Below are positions 18,741-27,309 of a DNA stretch of 64,000 nt, one piece after another. The DNA comes from a virus. A model generated the notes under the pieces. The model made no database searches, had not been told where the DNA came from, and saw nothing but the letters and a program-made list of their open reading frames with translations. The translations under genes were made by a program, and so were the position numbers. The DNA lies in IMG/VR virus record IMGVR_UViG_3300020119_000126, positions 1-64,000 of that record. The stretch is one strand, 5' to 3'. The number at the start of each line of letters is the position of its first letter. Position 1 is the stretch's first letter.

Positions 18741-19116
18741 AATCGCAGTATGTGCCTACCAGCATCGCCTCAAGCCACGATGTCAGGTTTGTGACTCAAC
18801 CGGGGCCTTACGGCTCCATCACATCATACGGCGTGAGATTATCAATGATCGGCAACTTGTGTTGCTCATGCCCCTAGTCTTACACGCCCTCATCTGTGAC
18901 CGTTGCAATAATAACGAAGGACCGTTCATCGTAGACAACCCCGAAGGTCGAGCCATCATGCTGGCGGCTAACGCCGATATTTTTGGCCTTGACCAGATCA
19001 TCTCAGCCTTTGCCGAGTGGGATGCTATTGTGCCAAACGGCCACAACGACGAAATAGTCTCGCTTGAGCGAGTAAAGGAAATTTATCATGCCCGCCTCAG
19101 CAGTACCCGCAAGTAA
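18703..19116 (+). CDS. HNH-like nuclease
   Basis: CQVC...LHHII.R...LICDRCNN. Confidence 0.65.
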   Translation: MNMSQVRTKAALEIAVCAYQHRLKPRCQVCDSTGALRLHHIIRREIINDRQLVLLMPLVLHALICDRCNNNEGPFIVDNPEGRAIMLAANADIFGLDQIISAFAEWDAIVPNGHNDEIVSLERVKEIYHARLSSTRK

Positions 19117-19984
19117 AATCAAGGCTCCCGTCCTTGAGTTCGACGATGAAATCTTCCAGCTTGATACCTCAGTGGCTCCCAGGGGTATCTGGCGGGATGC
19201 CAGTTATATTGTCTATTCCATGCCAGGCCGAGGTAAATCCACCTTCCTGCGCTCGGTAGTAGACCATTGGGGAGCCGAAGCCATTGTCGGCGTAGATATC
19301 GAGAAACGACTATACCAGGTCGATGTGCCGCGCATCACCATGCCTTACCTGACCCAATATCATGACAGTGAACACTATGCCCGTATCTTCGCCTGGTGGG
19401 ACATGATCCTTGACCTGGCTGAGCGACGAGCCACACCCTTCAATCCGCAGAGCCGGGTCATTGCCATCGACACCTTCAACACACTGTATGACCTCATGTA
19501 TGATGCTGACCTGGTCCGACACTGGTCAGGTAAAGATATTCCGCGTGAGAAGTGGTCATACTCATTCACATGGTATAAGGGTTTGTATGACGACATACTC
19601 CGTCGTTTTCGCCGTATGCTCCGCCTGACCAATCCAGAGCATGGCTACAGCGTCATCTTCAATTGCCATGTCAGTCTCAAACATCGCAAGGTCGATGGCG
19701 ACGAGATTGATCAGTATTAACCGCAGCTTCCGCCTGTCCTGCAATCGGTCATCAATAAGGAAATCCATGTCGCGTTCTACCTCAAGGCCGCCGATGGCAC
19801 GACCCCTAATTACTTCGTGACCGGAGCTAATGATAGCATCCCTTGCAAGGATCAGACAGGGCTATATCCACGGACTATCTGGCCGACCTGGGCTGCACTT
19901 GAGGCCGCACAGCTTGGCAAGAACTGGCAGGACTTCCCACCCAAGAACCTGCGCCTGGCGAAGCCCAAGGAAGAAAAGAAATAA
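19088..19984 (+). CDS. Sak4/AAA_24-family ATPase interrupted by an in-frame TAA at 19718-19720
   Basis: YSMPGRGKST, IAIDT, FNCH; the frame stays open after the TAA for 87 codons (PQLPPV...CKDQTGLYPRTIWPTW) up to a TAATG overlap with recA. Confidence 0.75.
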
Positions 19985-21108
19985 TGGACCTCAAAGAACA
20001 CGACGATAAATATGGCAAGAAAGGACTGAGCCGTCAATTAGGTGGCGGCTCCTATCAGTCCATCTTGCTGGATAGTGGTGTCTTTGGCTTGAATATTGCC
20101 CATGGCATTGGTGGCATTAAGACCGGGTCAGTGGTCCAACTCATTGGACCGCCCGGTCTTGGTAAGTCATCTATTGCCTATCGGTTGGTTGCCAATGGCA
20201 TGAAAGCAGGCATGAGCGGCTTCATCGTTGATACCGAAGGTGGCTTCAATGAGCCAATCCTCATGGATACGCTGGAAGACTATGGCGTTGACCTGACCAA
20301 TCCTAATCTGCCTTTGCGCTATGCTACCGCCACGAACCTGCGTGATGTAAAGTGGGTCAAGGGTAAGCCATCACAGAGCGCCGAGAAGCCTATCATGACT
20401 CTTGAGCGAATCATTCCCATGATTGAGGATTGGGTCATCAGTGAGGACATCTCCCCCAAGGGTGCTGTGGTCGTCTTTGACTCGCTGGACTTTATGCTCA
20501 GCGACGTGATGGTTGGCTCTACAGTAGATACTGCTACCGTGGCTTTGATTGCCCGTCGCATGAAGCACTGGCTGCGCAGTTTCATTGGCACTATCCGAGG
20601 CACTGGCTCCATGGTCATCATCATTCACCAGGTCAGCAGTAAGATTGACCCGGCAGCCAAGGATACTGAGACCTTCACCGGGGGTAATGCCTTACGCCAC
20701 GCGGCTCACTTTGCTTTGCGACTGAAGGATATAGGTCAGGAGAAGCCAGGTGAAGAAGTCCTGGGACGACAGGTACGGGCTTTTATCACGAAATCTAAAC
20801 AGGGGTTGCCCTACCGCACCTTTGAGTACGTCATCCGGTACGATGTGGGACCAGATAACATTGGTGCAGTTTTTGACTACGCTAAACGGCTCAAAGTTAT
20901 ACAAGGTGACTCCTGGGTCAGTGTGCCAACTACCACTGGGATACAGAAGATTAACGGCAAAGAACAGGTCAGGCAGTTCTGGATGAGCAATCCCGCCGAA
21001 CTTCGGCATGCCGAAAGTCTGGTGTACCAGCAGGTCCAGACCAATCTCAATGAAGTAGCACCGAGCATGTCAGCCGAGGAACGAGCGGAAAATGAAGCAG
21101 TCGATTAG
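19984..21108 (+). CDS. recA: RecA-like recombinase; contains palindrome copy 7 (21002-21015)
   Basis: GPPGLGKSS, VDTE, VFDSL, TGGNALRH, KSK. Confidence 0.9.
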   Translation: MDLKEHDDKYGKKGLSRQLGGGSYQSILLDSGVFGLNIAHGIGGIKTGSVVQLIGPPGLGKSSIAYRLVANGMKAGMSGFIVDTEGGFNEPILMDTLEDYGVDLTNPNLPLRYATATNLRDVKWVKGKPSQSAEKPIMTLERIIPMIEDWVISEDISPKGAVVVFDSLDFMLSDVMVGSTVDTATVALIARRMKHWLRSFIGTIRGTGSMVIIIHQVSSKIDPAAKDTETFTGGNALRHAAHFALRLKDIGQEKPGEEVLGRQVRAFITKSKQGLPYRTFEYVIRYDVGPDNIGAVFDYAKRLKVIQGDSWVSVPTTTGIQKINGKEQVRQFWMSNPAELRHAESLVYQQVQTNLNEVAPSMSAEERAENEAVD

Positions 21109-21868
21109 ACACGCTACTACGCGAGACATCATCGTTGCCGACATGCCGTGGCACCATGAGACTTGGAGTGCGAAGGGTCAGGGTAGAACGGCTTCTTCGC
21201 ACTATGGAGTCATGAAGCCCCAGGATATGCTTGACCTGAAGCCCTATATGCAAGCAGCTTTCCCTGGGGATAGTCTGTTATTCTGTTGGACGACAGGGCC
21301 TCAGATGGACTTCACCATCGAACTTATTGAGCATTGGGGCTGGGAGTTCAAAACCATTGCTTTCACCTGGATTAAGTTCAACACTGGCTTTGGTGATACC
21401 GTGCGTAAAGCAGTGCGAACTACGGCAATGCTGCCGTTTACTGATGGAGATATTGTCGATGTGGTACAGAAAGCCACCTTCACCGGGATGGGGCACTGGT
21501 CACGAGCGAATGCCGAGTTCATCCTTGCCGCCAAACGTGGAAAGGGTAACCTGGCACGAGTGCGCCGCAACGTTCATTCGGTTATTTATGCACCGCGTGG
21601 AGCGCACAGTGAAAAGCCTGATGAAGCGAATAAGCGCATAGAACTCATGGTCAGGCGACCACAGGATGAATGCTTTGAGCTTTTCGCCCGAAGGCAGTAC
21701 CCCGGATGGCAATGCACAGGCTTAGAACTTGATGGCCTGGATATACATGATGCTTTAGCGAATATCAGTGATGGATGGCGATGGGAGCCAGAAGAATTCA
21801 ATGACAGTAACGACGAACATACCGATAGAAATCCAGTCAGCGAAAGCAGTCTTGGAACGACTCTCTGA
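21092..21868 (+). CDS. MT-A70-family adenine methyltransferase
   Basis: VADMPW, LFCWTT, WGWEFKT, GMGHWSRANAE, HSEKP, ELFAR. Confidence 0.88.
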   Translation: MKQSIRHATTRDIIVADMPWHHETWSAKGQGRTASSHYGVMKPQDMLDLKPYMQAAFPGDSLLFCWTTGPQMDFTIELIEHWGWEFKTIAFTWIKFNTGFGDTVRKAVRTTAMLPFTDGDIVDVVQKATFTGMGHWSRANAEFILAAKRGKGNLARVRRNVHSVIYAPRGAHSEKPDEANKRIELMVRRPQDECFELFARRQYPGWQCTGLELDGLDIHDALANISDGWRWEPEEFNDSNDEHTDRNPVSESSLGTTL

Positions 21869-22079
21869 AGTCCAAGATGGTTTACCTGCTGGCGAACTAC
21901 GCAAAGTAGCTTTGCTGAATGGACAGGTCAAGGAGAGTCAGCGCGATGCCGTACTGGAAGGCTTACGCACCTTGCAAGCCATTTCGCCCTATGGGGGTAG
22001 TGGTCGAGGTAGAAGCTATATCCTGACCCTGGTTGGTACTCGCCTGCTGGATGCTTACCGCTTCTTGCACACGAGTTGA
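21801..22079 (+). CDS. Winged-HTH protein
   Basis: GRGRSYILTLVG wing motif. Confidence 0.55.
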   Translation: MTVTTNIPIEIQSAKAVLERLSEVQDGLPAGELRKVALLNGQVKESQRDAVLEGLRTLQAISPYGGSGRGRSYILTLVGTRLLDAYRFLHTS

Positions 22080-22141
22080 TCTCTAGTAGGACTAGTGGTA
22101 CACTATGGTAGCACACGAGTTAGACTATAGGATACCAACCA

Positions 22142-23215
22142 ATGTTAAACCCGTCCTCAAGTGCCCCTGGCCTGGTCGTAGTGGATCAGGGGTCAATCAA
22201 AACCAAACTGGCAACGAGTACCCTCTGCACTGACTATTTGTCAGTTCATGCTCCCCTGGCAACAGGCCATGCTCTTGGCTCCCTCAGTTACCTGGATACA
22301 GTTCGCGTGGACAACGATCCGACCTGGTGGGTCTTTGGTGACAACATGGTCAAGTTCGCTGACCTGCAACGTGTCCAACATGTCTCCTCTAATGCCCGCT
22401 ATATCTCAGACAGCTATCGCCGGGGCATGGCTTATGCCTTGTTCCGCACTCATGCTGACATCCTGCCGGGCAAGGAAGTGTTCGAGCCAGTGGTCGTGGT
22501 CAGTGTTCCGGCCAATGAATTCAAGCGCAATAAGACCAAGATTGAAGAAAACCTGGTAGGCAGCTATAAGGTTACTGCTTCCATTGAGGAGAAGGAACGA
22601 CCATGGCGCTTCAAGGTGACCCTCGACAATCTGAACGTCCTGCCGGAAGGGGCTGGCACACTGTATGACTACATCCAGTCGGAGGAGCAAGGACTCTCGG
22701 ATACACGCTTTAGCACCGAAACCATTGCCGTCGCTTCTTGGGGCTGGTACACGTTATCCGTCCTTATCTTCCAGGGCGGGGTTCACATCAGTGACATTAC
22801 GGACTCAAATGATACAGTGGGTCAGTCATCCGTTGCCGAAGCCACCTTTGGTCGGCTTGGTATTGAACCGGGAGCGTCAATTGAGGAAATTGATCGGCAG
22901 ATGCGGTCTAATGATTTCACCTACATGGGACGACCCTATCCTGCCTTTGCTGCTATCAAAGCAGAGGAAATTCAGGCGGCTTTCAACCAGGGTCTTAGCT
23001 GGCTCCAAGCGAAAATCAAAAGGTCAAGGCTAAGCGTCAGCACGCTGGTCTTCACCGGGGGCACCAGCGAGATGTTCTGGCCTTACGTAGACCTAGAAAA
23101 CCATCCCTTGCGGGAGTTGCTGCCTGCCAACATCATCAAGGTCAAGAACGCAGCGCGGGAAGATGCCGATGGCGCATTCAGGTACTTCTATTACATGATG
23201 TCAAAGGGTATCTAG
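22142..23215 (+). CDS. parM: ParM/StbA-family actin-like ATPase
   Basis: VVDQGSIKTK, VVSVP, VLPEGAG, VFTGGTS. Confidence 0.82.
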   Translation: MLNPSSSAPGLVVVDQGSIKTKLATSTLCTDYLSVHAPLATGHALGSLSYLDTVRVDNDPTWWVFGDNMVKFADLQRVQHVSSNARYISDSYRRGMAYALFRTHADILPGKEVFEPVVVVSVPANEFKRNKTKIEENLVGSYKVTASIEEKERPWRFKVTLDNLNVLPEGAGTLYDYIQSEEQGLSDTRFSTETIAVASWGWYTLSVLIFQGGVHISDITDSNDTVGQSSVAEATFGRLGIEPGASIEEIDRQMRSNDFTYMGRPYPAFAAIKAEEIQAAFNQGLSWLQAKIKRSRLSVSTLVFTGGTSEMFWPYVDLENHPLRELLPANIIKVKNAAREDADGAFRYFYYMMSKGI

Positions 23216-23217
23216 AT

Positions 23218-23532
23218 ATGCGCAATAAACGGCGGTCAAGCACCACTCAGCGGCGGAAGGGTACAGAAACAGGAAGCGTGACCTATCAGGTCACGTTTTA
23301 TCCTGACCGCTTTGAGCAGGACAAGTATATCTGTGAGAACCTTGACCTGTTAAAAGGCGTTGGCTCAGGAGCCAGCGGCTGGTTACGTGAGGCGGCGATT
23401 GCTAAAGCATTCGGCATGCCGAATGAGCCAGAGGTCAAGAAAGCGGTAGCTTCCAAAGCACCACCTGTTGAGGGTGTAGCTGATAAGGTAGCCGACTCAA
23501 TGGGGTTGAAATTTGGCAAGAAGAAAGAGTGA
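23218..23532 (+). CDS. ParR-like adaptor; contains palindrome copy 8 (23410-23423)
   Basis: Small basic ORF directly after parM; SGWLREA ribbon-helix-helix-like segment. Confidence 0.55.
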   Translation: MRNKRRSSTTQRRKGTETGSVTYQVTFYPDRFEQDKYICENLDLLKGVGSGASGWLREAAIAKAFGMPNEPEVKKAVASKAPPVEGVADKVADSMGLKFGKKKE

Positions 23533-23652
23533 CCTATCTTCCTTGGGGCTACTATGATGTTACTCATCGTAGCTGTCCTTGGAAGCAACCCTTTGTTTCC
23601 ATCGGGCTTTTAGTCACTCTTTCCATAATCTATTATAGGAAGGTCAATCTAA

Positions 23653-23850
23653 ATGTCAAGTAGTTCAATGGTAGACATACTCATCCTTATCTTTTCCTTA
23701 ATGCTTGTCGGTCCCATAGTTGGCTGGGGGCTGACAATTATCTGGAACAAGAAAAAGGTCAGGCCAGTTCATCTGCCTGACCAGACTACGATTTATACAG
23801 ACAACCCGGTCATCACGGTATTAGTGGATGAACGGTATCGAGACAGGTGA
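23653..23850 (+). CDS. Small membrane protein
   Basis: Single hydrophobic segment. Confidence 0.5.
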   Translation: MSSSSMVDILILIFSLMLVGPIVGWGLTIIWNKKKVRPVHLPDQTTIYTDNPVITVLVDERYRDR

Positions 23851-24772
23851 CCCATTGCTCTGCCACCTTCTCCTGCACAAAGGATACTGCGCCTAGCGTA
23901 CCAGGCTTCCACTTGGCCTGGTAACCCACTTTATAACCCTCGATGACGGGCATACCTGCCATGCCCGGTTCGACAAGCGCCAGAAAACCACCTCGCTTGA
24001 ACTGGTATGACCATTGATGACTGTGAAATTGGATACAAAGGGTAGGTTCGGGCCAGCCTAGAAGCTGATGCCATTCGTCTAGCCATTTGCTGAGCTTTCC
24101 AACGGCGGCTCCTGGTTCTGATCCACTGAAGTTGCAATGCGAGATGATAGCGTCACCGAGTTGTCCGAGATAAGCCACCTTTCCAAGAGTTTCCGTGGAA
24201 AGACGTGGGTGATGTGCAGTAACATCGGTGCTGGCTGTGGCGATTCGCTTGGAAGCAAGGCTGGACACAAGTAGGTCAAGGGGGTCGTTAAACAAGGATC
24301 GGGGAGCGGCAGGGAAGTAGTCACATATCCGCCGCCAGAATCTGTCGTCATGGTTGCCTCTCCTGATGATGATTTGGGCTGGTGTCTTGAGTAGAAGGGT
24401 TTCGAAGTAAGCGGTCACGCGCTTATGTTCCTGACCAAATTCATCCTTCTCCTCATCCCAACCTCTAGGGTGAGCACTGAAGCAGGCCAGGTCATAGATG
24501 TCGCCACCTACTTCAATATGGTCAGGTTGTTCAGCGATAATCAGGGGTAGGAGAGCCGGGTGGGGATTGCCATGTAAGTCGCCTAGAGCAACGACCTTGC
24601 GCCGCTTAGAGGGTTTGGCAGGCTGCTTGTATTTATTGGTATCAAGAGTCATGCCAAGAAAGGCGCGAATGGCGTCCACAGAGTCGTCATTTCGGCGTGC
24701 CGAAAGTGGAGAGGGGGCTGCGACCCCCTTTCGTTTAACCTTGGTTGGTGTAAGTGAAGGACGGCGTGGCAT
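23813..24772 (-). CDS. Calcineurin-like metallophosphoesterase; contains palindrome copy 9 (24691-24704)
   Basis: GDLH, GGDIYD, GNHD, HSH. Confidence 0.85.
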   Translation of the reverse strand: MPRRPSLTPTKVKRKGVAAPSPLSARRNDDSVDAIRAFLGMTLDTNKYKQPAKPSKRRKVVALGDLHGNPHPALLPLIIAEQPDHIEVGGDIYDLACFSAHPRGWDEEKDEFGQEHKRVTAYFETLLLKTPAQIIIRRGNHDDRFWRRICDYFPAAPRSLFNDPLDLLVSSLASKRIATASTDVTAHHPRLSTETLGKVAYLGQLGDAIISHCNFSGSEPGAAVGKLSKWLDEWHQLLGWPEPTLCIQFHSHQWSYQFKRGGFLALVEPGMAGMPVIEGYKVGYQAKWKPGTLGAVSFVQEKVAEQWVTCLDTVHPLIP

Positions 24773-25157
24773 CGTTGTTCGCTGTGGTTGTTGCAGGAAC
24801 GGTTTCTTCACCCCAAGCCTTATGCACGCCATCGCGCAGGGCACCTTCGATAATCATATCCAGGTCAGAAGCGCTGATCTTGATCTTATGGGCATCGGCA
24901 AAGCTTTGAATGGCTTCAATGACTCCAGCTTTCTTGATTGACCCAATATTCTCAATCTGCCCCTTCAGGCCCATCTGCTCAAAGGCTTGCACAGCCAGAC
25001 GACCAAATTCCACAATCAAGTCCCACTGCTTGGTCGTTGCCTGAGCCTTGACCCAAACGCTAACCCGATAACTAAGGAAGCTTAAGAGGGTCAAGATTAG
25101 CGGGAAGGCTACCTGAAGGAAGATTGAGAGTGCTTCGTTCGGGTTGGTTGTGTTCAA
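24735..25157 (-). CDS. Holin, LL-H-like
   Basis: N-terminal TM, AVQAFEQ...KK...DLDMIIEGAL; GAGGT RBS before TTG. Confidence 0.7.
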   Translation of the reverse strand: MNTTNPNEALSIFLQVAFPLILTLLSFLSYRVSVWVKAQATTKQWDLIVEFGRLAVQAFEQMGLKGQIENIGSIKKAGVIEAIQSFADAHKIKISASDLDMIIEGALRDGVHKAWGEETVPATTTANNDATPSFTYTNQG

Positions 25158-25554
25158 GTTTCTTATACCTCTGTAGTTCAATTTCCAGTTCGATGATTCG
25201 CTTTTGTAAGCGGGTGATTTCTTGTCGTGCCTCTAGCAGTTCGGCATTGACTGCTTTAAGCTGCTTCTGGTTTTCAACTTCTTTGTTCTTTTGTTCTTCC
25301 AGTTCTCGTTCTACATCAGCCAGGCGCGATGAGTTTTGCAGGGATGTTTGGGCAACCTGTAAGACGAAGCGCAGACTATCAGACTCAAGCAATTCTCGTG
25401 AAGCTGACGCCTTTGAACGCAGGCTATCAGCTTCAGCTTGTGCTTCGACTCGTTTACCACGAGCACGAAGATAGAATGGCGCAACAGTCAGCGCTGCCAC
25501 AATGAACCCTACTAACCCGGTTAAGATTGCCTGAACCTGGGTTGTAGTGAACAT
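25072..25554 (-). CDS. Membrane-anchored coiled-coil protein
   Basis: N-terminal TM plus coiled coil, next to the holin. Confidence 0.65.
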   Translation of the reverse strand: MFTTTQVQAILTGLVGFIVAALTVAPFYLRARGKRVEAQAEADSLRSKASASRELLESDSLRFVLQVAQTSLQNSSRLADVERELEEQKNKEVENQKQLKAVNAELLEARQEITRLQKRIIELEIELQRYKKLEHNQPERSTLNLPSGSLPANLDPLKLP

Positions 25555-25560
25555 CGTCAG

Positions 25561-26049
25561 TTAGTTGATTTGTGCGACGTGCAGCTTAACAGTCAGGTCA
25601 GCTACTGTGGTATAGGTCGGTGTCGCAGTGCAAACCAACTGACCCCACAACCGATAGTCACCATTAGCCCGATAAGCAATCGGGTTACTGAAGGCGACGG
25701 TATAGATACTGTTGCTTGACGCAATGTCTACATAGGTACCTGTGGCAAGAATGCCCACAAGCTTAAGTGAGTCGGTGTCTGACACATCGAAAGCCGCATT
25801 GTCTGCGACAGCCGTGAAATCAGCACCAAACAAAAAGAGCTTAAGCGCCGCCTTGACCTGGGATTTATCGATAACGGTAAAACCCCAAATGAGACCGGAA
25901 CCGCTGCGTTGGAGTGACACGCCGGGGAAGAACAGCTTGCCACCAACTGCATCGTTTGCGCTATAAGCCCCTGCGGTGATCACAGGGTCAAAGTTGCCAG
26001 TGGCAGAGTCCTTGGCCCGAATGACGGTAGTTCTTTGAGCAGGAAACAT
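25561..26049 (-). CDS. Putative virion beta-sandwich protein
   Basis: AYSANDAVGG...LFLF...DNAAF pattern; GGAG RBS. Confidence 0.6.
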   Translation of the reverse strand: MFPAQRTTVIRAKDSATGNFDPVITAGAYSANDAVGGKLFFPGVSLQRSGSGLIWGFTVIDKSQVKAALKLFLFGADFTAVADNAAFDVSDTDSLKLVGILATGTYVDIASSNSIYTVAFSNPIAYRANGDYRLWGQLVCTATPTYTTVADLTVKLHVAQIN

Positions 26050-26116
26050 GGGTGCTCCCCTTTGCAGGAATGCTTAACGATGCACTCATGCTAGGGGGAG
26101 GCTGTCAAGTGGATAC

Positions 26117-26815
26117 TTACGAGGGTTCGGGATAGACTGTGGCATGGCCTTTGACCACCACAGTGCGATGTCCATTGCCAAAAGTAATGATCAGGGCATA
26201 CTTATCACGGCCAAGAGTCATCAGACTGGTTTGGGCAGCCGGAAGTTCAACAGTGACTGTGTTAGCATTGGCATCCACTACCCCGACAAAGCTCTGACCT
26301 GAGACATTAAAGACGGCTTCAGCCGAGGTCAGGTCCAGACCGCTGAAGGTCCAGATGAGTGCCCGGTCTTCACTTTCATAATAGTCTGACCCCTGGAAGA
26401 TTTCTGGAATATCCCCGGTCTCATTGACCATAGAAGTCAAGGTCACTTCCGTTGAGAAAGCGAATGAGGTCAGAGTACGCGTAGCATACTCCCATACCTC
26501 AGCCGCCGTTAGACCTACCACTTCTGCCTGCACCTCAAACTCCTGGTCATAAGCCAGACTTGAGGCCAGGGGGTCATCGACCAGAATGGCGATATAGTAT
26601 GGCCCGGACTGAGTCACATTATCGGCTGGCAGGGTATAGGTGTATTGCAAGTTGGCAGCATCCCAGGTCAGGACAGGCGTAGGCGTAATGACTGTCTGGT
26701 CAGGATAAAGGGCAGTGTCTACTGTTGGTGGCGAAGCTGGCTGGAAGCGAGTGCCATCCGACATTCGCCTGACCTGAAAGTTAAACAGCAGGGCCTGGTT
26801 CAGCGGATACGACAT
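26117..26815 (-). CDS. Putative virion protein with Ig/BppU-like domains
   Basis: Beta-rich; AAEVWEYATRTLT linker. Confidence 0.55.
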   Translation of the reverse strand: MSYPLNQALLFNFQVRRMSDGTRFQPASPPTVDTALYPDQTVITPTPVLTWDAANLQYTYTLPADNVTQSGPYYIAILVDDPLASSLAYDQEFEVQAEVVGLTAAEVWEYATRTLTSFAFSTEVTLTSMVNETGDIPEIFQGSDYYESEDRALIWTFSGLDLTSAEAVFNVSGQSFVGVVDANANTVTVELPAAQTSLMTLGRDKYALIITFGNGHRTVVVKGHATVYPEPS

Positions 26816-26981
26816 TTTCTTTCCAGTCTTCAAGCTGCGCAAAGGCCAACTGAGCGCGGGCCTGCACGACACTATTATTCAACTGTTCGGGCACCAAGAC
26901 GGCAGTAACAGTGACCCCGTACTGCTGGACCAGAGATTCCAGTGCCTTCTTAAAGGCTTGCTGACGTTCTTCGATAGACAT
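26781..26981 (-). CDS. Small hypothetical protein
   Basis: 66-aa ORF in operon. Confidence 0.55.
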   Translation of the reverse strand: MSIEERQQAFKKALESLVQQYGVTVTAVLVPEQLNNSVVQARAQLAFAQLEDWKENVVSAEPGPAV

Positions 26982-26984
26982 GAA

Positions 26985-27266
26985 TTAACCCCTTGCAGCC
27001 AGGTTGGACAACGCGGCATAATTAGCCTGTAGTACAGGCAGGACGAGTGCGGTTAGAACGTACATGCTGTCATTCAACTGTGAGTCGGTCAGGCCCGACA
27101 GTGAGGGTGTGGCATCTAGATTGGGTTGCGTGACCGTATTCTTGACATTGCCCAGGCCGTCGAAGTTGATATTGATCTTGTGCAGTAGCGCTTCCAGTTC
27201 TAGCGCCTTCCCTGCGGCTGCAATGCCGTTTGAGATAGTGTTGCTTTCGAGACTCGTGAGAGCCAT
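26985..27266 (-). CDS. Hypothetical protein
   Basis: 93-aa ORF, AAGG RBS. Confidence 0.6.
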   Translation of the reverse strand: MALTSLESNTISNGIAAAGKALELEALLHKININFDGLGNVKNTVTQPNLDATPSLSGLTDSQLNDSMYVLTALVLPVLQANYAALSNLAARG

Positions 27267-27309
27267 TTGTCTTGACCTTTCTTATATGGCGGTAGTGCCA
27301 TTTAATCGT

